In this document: piece by piece, positions 9,582 to 20,000 of the stretch
How positions within the stretch are numbered: the first letter of the stretch is position 1
Layout: the number at the start of each line of letters is the position of its first letter
Source: Balamuthia mandrillaris
Taxonomy: Eukaryota
Assembly (NCBI GenBank): GCA_031835245.2
Contig: JAVKOQ020000040.1
Location: forward strand, 244,571 to 264,570
Direction: 5' to 3'
Length of the DNA stretch: 20,000 nucleotides
Made by a program: the position numbers and the translations under genes
The notes under the pieces: model-generated
Databases searched by the model: none
Told to the model about the DNA's origin: nothing
What the model saw: the letters and a program-made list of their open reading frames with translations, nothing else

Positions 9582-12500
9582 TTACTTCCTAGTCTTGGAA
9601 CGTTCTTCCTGATAAGCCTTGGCAAGGGCGTCTTGCACATCGCGAGGAACAGCGTCATGCCGCTTGTACTCCATAGAAAATTCTCCCTTGCCCTCCGTCA
9701 AGGAGCGAAGGTCCGTGGCATAGCCCACCATTGCGCTCAGCGGCACCTCCGCTTCCAACACCACGTAATCCGTTAGTGTGCTGGAGTTGAGGATGAGACC
9801 CTTACGGCGATTCAGACCGCCTACCACCGTACCCTGGAACTCGTGTGGCACTTGTACCTCCACTGACATAATAGGTTCCAGCAGGAAGGGATTAGCTGCC
9901 ATCATTCCTTTTATCCCCATTATTCGTTTTTGGGTATTGGGTTAGTTCTATAGAAGCAGGCATGGCGGATCAAACAAACTTTGGGGCAATAAACGTACCC
10001 TGACGCATGGCATTGATGGTGCAGGTCTTGAAAGCAAGTTCACTGGAGTCGACTGGATGCCAGTTGCCGTCATTAATTACAACGCGCACGTTTTGCACAG
10101 GATGACCAGTCAGTGGACCTTTCTCTGCTGCTTCAAGAACTCCCTGTTGTTGATTAAGGATAATGAGAATCCAACATGGTTTTCAGCTTGATCGGCTTTG
10201 AGAGAGGGAAGGGAGAAAAGGAAATAACAAACCTTTTCGCAAGCAGGTATGAAAGAAGGAGGGATAGAACCACCAATGGTTTCATTGATAAACTGTACGC
10301 GCTTGCCCTCTTTAGCCAGCTCCTCCGCGTCGAAATCGTCAAGGGGTTCCACATAGCCAATAACACGGGCATATTGACCCTGTCCACCAGTCTGCTTTCT
10401 ATGTGTAAAGTCGAATTTAGCTTTGGAGCTAAGAGACTCTCTATAGGCAACGCGTGGTGGTCCTGTTTCGACGTCCACTCCGTACTCTCTGCGCATTCTT
10501 TCTGTATAAATCTCTAAATGCAACTCTCCCATGCCCGAAAGAATGGTCTAAGGTCATCGAATTGCCCAAAGCGAAGCAAGATTGTGTTGATATAAGGTTT
10601 TTTCAGAAAAAAAAATGAATAAAAGGGAAGGACGAAACTAACCTCGTTTGTTTCTGGGTCAATGTGAACCTTAAAAGTAGGATCCTCCCGCTGGAACCGT
10701 TGGAGAGCCTTTCCCAGATTCTTGGCTTGTCCCTTATCTTTGACATGAATAGCCAGTGAAATAACAGGGTCTGGGATAAACATCGATGTCTGCCAATTCA
10801 TTAGAAACACAAGGATCAGCTATTACATTAACATAGGAAGAGAGAAATGGTTCCTACCATTGACCAATTGATGGTACCGTCTGTGAATGAAGTGCCTGAA
10901 GCACATTCCACTCCAAAAAGAGCACAAATCTCTCCGGCACCCACTTCATTAATTTCCTCCATGTCATCCGAGTGCATCCTTATGAGGCGAGGCACCTTCA
11001 CTTTCTTTTGTGTGGCAGTATTTGTGATGGTGTCGCCTTTCTTCAACTGGCCTTGATAAATTCGCATGTAGGTTAACTGTCCAAAGCGGCTTTCTTCAAG
11101 CTTAAAAGCAAGACCCACAAACGGTTTCCTGAAGTCAGCAACTACAGCTACCTCCTTTTCGTTATCATTTAAATCCAAAGCCATATTTTTTCTGTGGCAA
11201 TCTAAGTTAGAAGGCAGTTGAACACGAGGATAGATATACGCACACTTCGGTTGGATTAGGCAAGAAGGATATAACGCCATCTAGCAGATCCTGGACACCT
11301 TTGTTCTTGTAAGCAGAGCCCATGAACACTGGTGTAAATTTGAGTTTAATGGTGGCTCGACGGATGGCTTGCTTGAGTTCCTCTTCGGTAGGCTCTCGTC
11401 CCTCGCTAATTACTGCTTCTGCAAGCTCATCGTCCGCTTCATAAACAGCTTCTAGCAACTCCTCTCTCTTTTTCTTAGCCTCGGGTAGAAGTCCTTCCGG
11501 TATTTCTCTTTCTTTCACATATTCGCTGCAAGGTGGCAGTGATCATCAGCATAAAATTGATGTAAAGAAAAAATAGCGGCTAAGGAAAATAAAACAGAGA
11601 AGGGGAGAGAGAGGGGGGAGAGAGAGGGAGAGAGAGAGAGGGAGAGAGAGAGAGAGGAAGAGGAGAATAGACATACCCGGAGTTGCCTTCATAATAGTGA
11701 GCCTTCATACCAATTAAGTCTACAACGCCACTAAGTTGAGACTCTATACCGACGGGGATCTGAACAGCAGCGCAAGGCACGCGAATCTTATTGCGGAACT
11801 GGTCGATAACTTTCCATGGGTTGGCGCCAAGTCTGTCCAATTTGTTGATGAAGGTAAGTCTGGGCACGTTGTAACGTTTCATCTGTCTGTCAACGGTTAT
11901 TGTTTGACTCTGTACTCCAGACACGCCACACAAAACCATAATGGCTCCGTCTAGCACCCTCAACGAACGCTCCACCTCTATTGTGAAGTCAACATGGCCA
12001 GGCGTGTCGATAATGTTGAGGTGGCAGTGCTTCCATCGCACGTAGGTGGCAGCGCTCTTAATCGTGATACCTTTTTGTCGTTCTAGCTCCATAGAGTCCA
12101 TCTTGGCACCCACGCCATCCCCTCCTCTTACCTTTGTTAGTGAACACTGTGAGCGAGGAGGTGTTGCGAGAGAGCCAACTAAAAACAAAAATCGTTGCGG
12201 AGCTCAAAAGGTAAAAGTTACCTCGTGTATGGCTTGGATGCGGCCAGTGTAATAGAGAATCCTCTCTGTTAAAGTGGTTTTACCCGAGTCGATGTGGGCC
12301 GAGATACCTATGTTGCGAATATTTGCAAGGTCTTCTTGTAGCTTTGGGGGAAGGTGGTACGAGAAGTGGGGGTGGTTAGTCAATGTTGTAGTTAGATTGG
12401 CATGGGAAGAGCAAGGAAGAGCTACCCCTGGCGCAACACTCGAAAAATAACGTGCGGTCGTTCTGCGGAAGAACGGGAACCGGGCGCGAGGCGGAAAGCA

Positions 12501-12656
12501 AGTCCCCTGAGTTGCCTCTGCACTGCATAAGGCCGAACAGCTGTTGCTGCTGCGTAGTGAGGTCGTCTTCCCGCCCCCAAATAGACCGTCACCGCAGCTG
12601 TTGGCGGAACGAGAGCCCGCCCTACATGCTAACCTTCTCAAACCTGCCCACGCCAT
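9582..12656 (-). CDS. GFM1: Mitochondrial translation elongation factor G1
   Basis: About 9 exons (12656-12426, ~12342-12222, 12132-11677, 11526-~11243, 11191-10858, 10789-10643, 10547-10233, 10143-9979, 9908-9582). Motifs [93 protein letters not shown]. The Arg/Ser-rich N-terminal presequence and the SAHIDSGKT variant indicate mtEF-G1. Confidence 0.97.
11596..11666. repeat. Imperfect (GA)n tract in an EF-G1 intron
   Basis: Directly visible. Confidence 0.85.
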
Positions 12657-12815
12657 CGCTCCAGTTTCTTCTCTTTGCGGTGCACAATCAATCAGAGGGA
12701 GAGGGGTTGTTTGTTCAACAAACAGTTGCGGTGAGGTGCACTTGAGTGTGCGCAGTGGCGGTGGTGTTTTCTTTTGCCGAAATTAAAAAAAAGGGGAGAA
12801 AAAAGAAAGAACAGG

Positions 12816-12819
<4 letters not shown>

Positions 12820-12847
<28 letters not shown>

Positions 12848-12853
12848 CAACAG
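12820..12853. repeat. (CAG)n(CAA)n microsatellite, intergenic between ERCC8 and EF-G1
   Basis: Directly visible. Confidence 0.9.
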
Positions 12854-13081
12854 GGGGGTGAACAACAACCAACAACAAGTTCAACAGGTGTTGTGCCAAT
12901 CACGTCACTCACATATGACCCCTCAGCCCTTTAGGTGAACCTTTGGCCCTCTTTCTCCATCCTTGTTGGTGGTGGTGGTGGTGGTTGGACTTTCTTGTTG
13001 GTTTCACTTCTCCAGTAGGAGGAGGGGGAAAATTGTCGGAGCGGGTTATGACGATGCTTTTGGGCTGCCTCACATGTTTCG

Positions 13082-15012
13082 TTAGCCTTCGTCGTCACTC
13101 CAGGTATCCCCCAGGTCACCACCTGCATTCTCCTAGGAGCGGTAATAAAGTTGGTGGTGACAAAGTGGTCAGCATATTGGTTGGGTTACACTATAGAACA
13201 AAGAATGCGAACCCCAGCAAGATGGCCTTCTTGGCCTTCCTCATCCTCGTCCTCATCAGGAGATGGCTCCCAATACAGTATTTGGTGATCACTGGCCCCT
13301 GAATACAGCTCCTGATTGGATTTGTTGTTGGTGCGGAAAGTGGAATGAGCATTTGGATTATTGGGGGGGGGGGTGCAAGACACCTGATTGTCAGGATGAA
13401 ACACACAACAATTGACTGACTCATAATGACCACTGAGCGAGTACACCTTTTCTCCAGTATGTGCAACAAACACTGCAATATGGGAACCATTAGGATGGTA
13501 GATGCGTGAGCCATTTGCCGATATACTAAATTGGTTGCCACGCTGACTATTGTTCCGTGCCCCAGAGTAGTTGACGAGTGTGTTCTTTCCTGTGTTGCTA
13601 TCCCATCTCCGCAAGCGGTTATCGCTACAAAGAGGAAATATATAATTGATGAGCATCCAGTAGGTTAACGGTAGGAAGGCTCAACGCACGTTCCGGATGT
13701 TAGCAAGAATAGTCCATCTGGCGTGAAGCAGAGGGAAGTAACGGAAGCATCGTGGGCAGTTGCAACTTGAGAGCTAATGCTTGGCTGCAGATTACGGTGA
13801 CCGTGTGAGGATAGATTGGTTTGTCCAGTGGTGTTATGTTGATCCAGGCTCAACAAGCTTGTTCCTGCTTTTCTGATGTCCTAATTAGCGGAGAAGGACA
13901 AGATGTGGTTGTGTTAGGCGCAATAATAGGAATTCTTCTGATGGCAGCAACATTACTAGGTAATACGCACCCACAATCTCACAGTTTTGTCCACGGAACC
14001 GCTTGCCACAATGAACTCGTTGGCAGGCGACCAGCCCACGCACCAAATAGGTGCCCTATGCCCTTTATCACAGAGGATCATTAGCAATAGCGCAGTCCTC
14101 ATTTGTACCAACTCGAGAGGAAGTCAAGGAGTGTACCAATAAGACAGTGAGCGGAGCTACCAGAGGTGGGGTCACAAAGGCGAAGCTTGGGGTCTCCCGT
14201 TCCTGCTGCTACGAGGCAATGGCGAGTGGCGTGTGGGGCAAGGGAAATGGCGTATACCTTGCTTGGCAATTTGAACTTATAGACAACCTATGCCCAATTG
14301 GCATGCAAGCAAAGGAACATAAGAGGTGGGGTCACATTTTGCAGGAGGGGTAGCGACTCACCTGTATGGAATTAGTGTCCCACATGTTGAGGTTGTGGTC
14401 GAAAGACCCGCTGAAAAACATGCCTGTGTCATGAGGATACCATTGCACACACGATACACCATACGTGTGGCACTGCCTGCTTGCCACCCAAAACGAAAAC
14501 AAAAAATGGGGTTCGTTTGCCTCAAGGGAAAAGGGAGAGAGCAGCTCTTCGTACCTTCTTTTGGTAGTAAATAAGGGGCTGTAGGTTTTTTTAACCCAAT
14601 CCGCCCTTGTTGTCTTTGGTTGGTACTCCTCCTCCTCCTCCTCCTCCTCCAGCTCAGCTGGCTCTGACTGTTGTTCCAGGTCATACACTGAAACAGTAGC
14701 ATCAGTCGCCCCCGAAAGCAAACTGTCAATTGAGCGTGGTGAGGGGGAACTGCCACAGAAACCACTGCCACAACACTTTGGTACTTACTATCTCCTTTCT
14801 ACGGGATCTAGACTGAGAGAGTTAACAGGCCCCTGAGACAAAATGTGAGTGGAGTTGCACTACAGCACTCAACCACTACAAACCTCATGCTCGCTCAAAA
14901 ACTCTTTGTCCCTGCTGGCGGTTATGCACACCGTACGGTGTGCTTCTTTGGCACGACTTAGAAGCAGAGGAGGGTCCCACCCTATTTCACGGTTTAACAG
15001 GCAACGCAACAT
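13082..15012 (-). CDS. ERCC8: DNA excision repair protein ERCC-8 / Cockayne syndrome A WD40 protein
   Basis: About 10 GT-AG-joined exons. N-terminus [26 protein letters not shown], then [46 protein letters not shown]...[37 protein letters not shown], and C-terminal DTWSDDEG*. All are characteristic of CSA orthologues. Confidence 0.94.
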
Positions 15013-15141
15013 CCATACATACAGCCGTCGGTCGGGACTTTGTGAGGCGGGCTTCTGTGGGGTCTGAACCCTTGTCTATTTTGCGGAGAGAAATAGCATC
15101 GTTTGTTTTTTTGTCTTGGCGCGTGTTTTTTTATTTTTAAT

Positions 15142-15215
15142 GAAGAAGAAGCAAGAAAAAAGAAGAAGAAGAAGAAGAACAAGAAGAACAAGAAGAACAA
15201 GAAGAACAAGAAGAA
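15142..15215. repeat. (GAA)n/(AAGAAGAAC)n microsatellite between the SGTA stop and the ERCC8 start
   Basis: Directly visible. Confidence 0.9.
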
Positions 15216-15240
15216 GGGGGGAAGGGAGGAGGGCCACTCT

Positions 15241-17039
15241 TTAGTGCTTTTCATCAGTGGTGCTATCACGGGTGGCGCCGGCCTGGGGCCTGTTGCTGCC
15301 CATCTGTCCAAATAAGTTACCAAGGGCGCTTGGATCTCTCATCATATTCTGCGCCCTATGGCGATCAGCGTGAAAGGGAACACAACCACGTTAAAGTAAG
15401 GTGGTGATCTTGGGAGATTAAGGAAAGGAGAGATGGCAGTGGTACATGTTCATCATTGTGGGGTTGTTCATGAGCTGAGCAAATGAGGGCGAGGACATGA
15501 ACTGCTGGGCCATGTTCACAAGATTTGGGTTCTGAAGAAGATCGCCAAGGTTGGGTGTTCCTCCTGCAAAGTTTGTCATAATCTCTTGATAAGTACTCGT
15601 TCAAGCCATGAAGCACTGGGAAGTACCTTGATCACTTTGTGAGGCAAACTGCTGGGCCATTTGTTGGAGCTCTGGATTCTGAAGGAGACTTTCCAATCCC
15701 CCGAAGCCTTGTGTTTGGGCCTGCTGCGAGCTTGCAAGCTTCTCCTTACATAACTCCAGAGACTCCCTGTTTGCAGTATTATCTGGGTCCAGTTCCAGGG
15801 CTTTATTGTAGCCTTGGGCGATGGCCTCCTCATATCTCTCCAATGAAAACAAGGCAAAACTGCACGTACAAGAAATGAAATAGAAAAGAAACAAGCGTGG
15901 ATCAGAGGACCATAAAACTCATTGATGTAAAAGAGCTCATATACCCTAGTCGGCTGTAGGCCTTGCTATATTTTGGGTCAATAGCAATTGCCTTCTCACA
16001 GTCTTGGATAGCTTGCTCGTGTTGGCCAAGGCGACTATGTACAGCAGCTCTTTTTGTAGAAATGAGCAAGTGAAACCACAACCACATGTGCACAAAAGAA
16101 GAAGCTAATCCACCTGTTGGAATAATAGATAGCATTGCAAGGGTTCAGTTGGATAGCCTTGCTGTAAAGCGACAGGGCTTCTGCAAGTTCTCCGGAGGAA
16201 AGCTTCTCATTGCCTTTGTTCTTAAATGCTTCCGCTTGTATGACTTGCTCGGTGGATGGTGGTGGTGGTTGTTGATCCACTGCAGGAGGACTCTGTGCGC
16301 TACTGCTGAATTTCTGCACAAACTTCTGCCTCGCTAGTTTGAGACGCTGCGTGTACTCTAAACGAGGTTGGAGGAGGGAGAAGGCAATTGAGCATTTGGA
16401 AATAAATAATCCCTTCCCACTGCGGGTACGTACCTGGGTCTCCTTTTTGAGTCCCTCTGAAGAAGTCTTGCTTCTCCAGCATGGACACAAAAGCTTGAAA
16501 CTTTGTCTCATCAACGTTGGCTGCAAAACGCGAAATGCGAGGAGTTTGTTACGATAAGGTGAAAAACAAAGACTCACAAGGAATGGCGAAGAAACTAATA
16601 GCTGGCATGGGATATGTGCCTACCTTCAGTTTCTTCGTTTTGTTCTCCCTCCTTTGATGTGGACCTTCCTTCTTGCTCTGGCGGCTGCTGCTGAGTAGGT
16701 GAGTGTGGTAAGTTGGTTGTTAAGAGAAAAAGAGAGAGGATGGACTCGCACCACCAGAAGCTTAGAGAGAGCTTCTGTAATTTTTTCCTTGCCAGCCAAA
16801 CCCATTCCAAAGATTTGTGGGAGGTCGAGAGGCACCGAGAGCTCCGTCCGTTGTTGCTCATTCTGCAGGTCCAAGCCAAAAGCTGCGCCAAGGCATTGTA
16901 TGGCCACCTCCAAACTTTCACTGTCCTGAACTGCAGGTTGAGCGTCTGAATAGTAGGGGACCCCTTGCGCTAACCTACTCAAATACTCCAATGTCGCGAA
17001 GAGTAACTGCTTGTGTTGCAAGCCGCCGCTACCTTCCAT
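15241..17039 (-). CDS. SGTA: Small glutamine-rich TPR co-chaperone (SGTA/Sgt2 family)
   Basis: 8 exons. N-terminal dimerisation motif [16 protein letters not shown], three TPRs ([12 protein letters not shown]...[26 protein letters not shown]...[16 protein letters not shown]...YNKALELDP) and C-terminal Q/M-rich NP repeats ([29 protein letters not shown]). Stop TAA at 15243-15241. Confidence 0.93.
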
Positions 17040-17277
17040 CTTGGTTGCCCCCCTTTTTTCGCTCTTCTCGGTTCGTTTCCTTCACGACGACGCGGAAAAA
17101 AGTGTCCCTCAAACAAACGTCATGTTATCGTTTTAAGATCCATATCCCTTGTTATGTTCTTGAGAGTTGTGGATGAATAATTAGTTGCAACCAAAGCTAA
17201 TACGTCGGCATAAAGTGGTTACCAAACGAACCAGTGAGAGGCAAGCTTTGGGGCTTGGTGGATGTTCAAGTTTTATT

Positions 17278-17574
17278 ATGCAGAAGAGGCGAAAGTGTGA
17301 GCTTTGTCGCCGTCTGAAACGCAACTCCTCTACATCTCTTTGTTGCGCCTTCTGTAATTTCCTTCCGCTGCATCGTAGGTGCTACACATTGCTCCATCCT
17401 CCAGTTCTGAAAATGGAAGGCCGTAAACGAAAGCCACCGCTGTCAACCTCGTCTCTTTCTTCAAGGTATATATACTTCATCTCTTTCTTCAAGTGTATAT
17501 ATGACGTATTTTTGGGCACCTTGGCAATAACTGTTTTAGGCTTTGCTCTACATGTTGCCACTAACTTCTATTAA
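17278..17574 (+). mobile_element. Short ORF encoding a piggyBac-transposase-type C-terminal cysteine-rich (Zn) domain; transposase remnant or domesticated mini-gene
   Basis: MQKRRKCELCRRLKRNSSTSLCCAFCNFLPLHRRCYTLLH fits the piggyBac/PGBD pattern RxxCxxC...TxxxCxxC...(P/A)L(C/H)xxC(F/Y)xx(Y/L)H. No DDD core or TTAA-flanked TIR was seen. Possible splice donor at 17466. Confidence 0.6.
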
Positions 17575-17653
17575 TTCATGTTATTTACTCTCTTTCAACA
17601 CTGTCCTAAAAATTGACAAGGAAGAAAAACTGTGAATAACAGTAATAAACTTT

Positions 17654-18624
17654 AACTTGTTGAATGTAGAGAAAGGACCTTTAATAGAATGAAATACAAC
17701 AACATATATACAAGGAGAAATAGGGATAGGTATTTTCTTTTTTTCATTTTATTAAAGGTCTTTTTCCTATGTTGATCAAGTTGGTGTCTGGCAGGTTGTT
17801 CCTCTACCAGCCTTATCAACTGTTTCAATACTCAAAGCAGCTTATTGCTTCAATAAGATTGCATCCTTAACCTACTAACTTTAAAAAAAGTCATCTTCAT
17901 TGGTGCTCATCTTTTTTTTCTATTTCTTTTTGTTGACTTTTTTCGAAGTTGCTAAAATCAACAAGTGATGTAACCTTGAGTCAGATTCATATACTTAGTC
18001 TTTTTTTGGAGATGAAGACTTAAGTACTCGTTTTTTAGCACTACTTATCTTACTTTTCCTTGTTTTTTCCCGTGTTCTTTGTTTACATTAATAGCATCTT
18101 AATGTTGTATAATAAAAACAAGCATAATTGTAAGACAAACTAAGTATGAGACTTGAACTTAATTTTACTAAAAGTAAAGTGCACAAGTGATAGTAAAGTA
18201 TCATATGTTGTGTTATAAGTTATCTTAAGAGGTAAAGTGAAAGAAATATTATACCACTATCCCATAATACCTATCCCTAAATGTTGAAGGATAAACCCTG
18301 CAAATCAAGAATGGGATAACACATAAGTAACTCTGGGTTTATTTACATGAAAAAGGGTGTGGACCAAATTTGTGCTTTTGAATGTATTGCCTGGAAAAGG
18401 GGAAAATAAAAAGGGGTAAGAGAAGTTGGGGTATCCAGGGAGAGTGTTTACAGGAAGTCATAATGACATGATTTGTTGGTCTTCCAACACAACTCTCCTT
18501 ATTTATTAATCTCTTTCTTTCTTTTTATTAAAGGAGGGTCTTTTCCTTATGCCCATTGAGCTAGTGCCTTTCAGGTTGTTTCCCTACCAGCCATATCATA
18601 GCTTTCCTGCTACACAAAAGCAGC
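17654..18624. repeat. Dispersed repeat family A, three decayed copies: 17654-17694 (+), ~17742-17842 (-), ~18522-18624 (-)
   Basis: 17654-17694 matches the reverse complement of 17742-17782 at 33/41 nt. The second and third copies share ttttattaaagg, caggttgtt, ctaccagcc and aaagcagc in the same order. All three copies end at CCTTTAATA plus A-rich sequence. Confidence 0.75.
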
Positions 18625-18887
18625 ACAGTATCCACACCTTTAAGGCAAAGAAACACTGTTTATTTTTACTATGTTTTACTTTTTGTTATATATCTTTTCT
18701 CTCCTTTTCTTGCATAAACCACTTTCTTTTTGTCTATAATACACCTTCTTCATTTACTATTGTGTTTGTTGGTAATGAAGTTGAGGAATTAGTGGAGATT
18801 GTGGAACTATGAAATGACCTTGGTATAGAAAAGCAGATATGAGATATGAACAAAGTAAAGGCAGAGTTTTGAGAGAAACTTGGTATA

Positions 18888-19064
18888 GAAAGAGCATATA
18901 TATAATTGGGAAGGTAACCAAGGAAGGAAAGGGACTCAGGGTTGGGAAGTGACTTCTTAATTTCTCAGGAAAGTTCCAAGGAAAGCAAAAGAAAGATCTT
19001 CAGAATGGCTTAGTGTCAACATAAAAGATTGATGATAGCTAACATGAGATTGTCGACAGAAAAG

Positions 19065-19096
<32 letters not shown>

Positions 19097-20000
19097 GTTT
19101 ATAATGTTGGTAGTTGCCAACATATTATGTTGTCTTATTTGAGGCAGAACTAATGAGCTTTTTATTTTCTTAAGTTCTTATAGGTTGTTACAATGAGCTG
19201 AGGAATCTAAGTCACAATGTGTTCTAAAAAAATATATAGCTTTTGTTTTCATGCAATGTGAAGTGATGAAAGCTTTGTTAAACAATTCAACCATAATATT
19301 AGACAACTTGTTGGTAAAATCACATACACTTATCTCAAGACTCCTCATGCAGAATGCCTACTCTCAAGTCCTTTCTTTTGTTAAGTTGGACTTAATCAAC
19401 AAACTAATATAATAATTAGGAATGAAAAGAAGAAAATAAGTCATTCTCTCACCTGAACTTCTTTCATTCCTTGTCTTTCAACTATAAATACATCCTCTTA
19501 ACAAGAACAGAGACTAGAAAAAGCAACAACCACACAATCACAAACACTTCCTGGTTTCCAAAGACTCAGGAAGGAAGGAAAAAGATCTTTAGAATGGCTT
19601 GGTGTTGACATAAACAATTGATAGTAGCTGATGTACAGTTGTTAACAAAAAAGAAGAAGGTATGAAGAAGTTGAGTCCTTCCACATACCTCAAACTTTAC
19701 AGCAATAAACTATGAAAAAACAAATAATTAAAAATAATAAATTGATAGTTTATTATTTTGAAAGTGCTTTAAACTTCAAAGTTATTCACATGTTCAACAG
19801 GAATGTTGAAACCTGAGCATAGAACTAAGACAGGAACAAGGAGCCAACCGTATTTAATGAGAAGAAGAGAACAAGTGTGTTTGTGAATATATTGTTTCTT
19901 CATTCATTTGTCCTCTGTTCTTGGTTGTGGGAAAAGTAATATAGTTGGGAAGGCAACCAAGGAAGAAAAGGGGCTCAGGGTTGGGAAGTGACTTCTTGGT
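18888..20000. repeat. Dispersed repeat family B, direct copies: ~18888-19070 (segments 1+2), ~19545-19660 (segment 2), ~19931->20000 (segment 1)
   Basis: ttgggaaggYaaccaaggaagRaaagggRctcagggttgggaagtgacttctt at 18907-18958 and 19945-19997. aaagatcttYagaatggcttRgtgtYRacataaa..attgat..tagct at ~18992 and ~19581. Confidence 0.85.

Larger units (their letters stand above)
17510..20000. other. AT-rich, CpG-depleted, gene-free region (degenerate repeat zone)
   Basis: Only 5 CpG counted by eye in 17581-20000 (near 17944, 18029, 18071, 19054, 19849), against abundant CpG immediately upstream. No credible spliced gene found. Confidence 0.8.

Noticed and set aside
12715..12934. Poly-Q and poly-C ORFs
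   Set aside because: Produced by the intergenic CAG/CAA microsatellite.
14994..15323. Poly-K/N and poly-F ORFs
   Set aside because: Produced by the GAA/AAGAAC microsatellite and overlap with the last SGTA exon.
9582..17039. Non-canonical or U12 introns, stop readthrough or intronic snoRNAs in EF-G1, ERCC8 and SGTA
   Set aside because: All examined junctions resolved with GT-AG and continuous frames. Introns are short and no convincing C/D or H/ACA box sets were seen.
13082..17574. piggyBac-like domain near a Cockayne syndrome gene, recalling the primate CSB-PGBD3 fusion
   Set aside because: Different gene (CSA, not CSB), opposite strand, and separated by SGTA. Coincidental.
17100..17600. 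piggyBac TIRs / TTAA target-site duplication around the cysteine-rich ORF
   Set aside because: TTAA occurs near 17133 and 17571, but no flanking inverted repeat or CCC...GGG terminus is evident.
18549..18812. 87-aa ORF
   Set aside because: Low-complexity, overlaps a decayed repeat copy, no recognisable motif.
18819..18891. cttggtatagaaa repeated at 60-bp spacing as a possible CRISPR-like array
   Set aside because: Only two short copies in a eukaryotic repeat zone, and no cas genes.

Overview
Gene-dense, intron-rich eukaryotic nuclear DNA with short (mostly 50-140 nt) GT-AG introns, CTAAC-like branch points, microsatellite-rich introns and short intergenic gaps. It looks like a free-living protist, possibly an amoebozoan; that is an inference from genome style only. 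Positions 1-17.5 kb hold seven spliced genes assembled by hand: (1) a PARP/ART catalytic-domain gene with microexons and an unusual ~80-aa N-terminal domain (-, runs off the left edge); (2) a SPIDR-like protein (+); (3) a six-blade Kelch plus coiled-coil protein (-); (4) a small mL80-like putative mitoribosomal protein (+); (5) mitochondrial EF-G1 (-); (6) ERCC8/CSA (-); (7) SGTA/Sgt2 (-). A short ORF encoding a piggyBac-type cysteine-rich domain follows. From ~17.51 kb to the end the DNA changes abruptly to AT-rich, nearly CpG-free sequence containing decayed copies of two repeat families with reciprocal CpG->TpG/CpA changes, consistent with a methylated transposon graveyard. Family assignments come from recalled motifs, not database searches.
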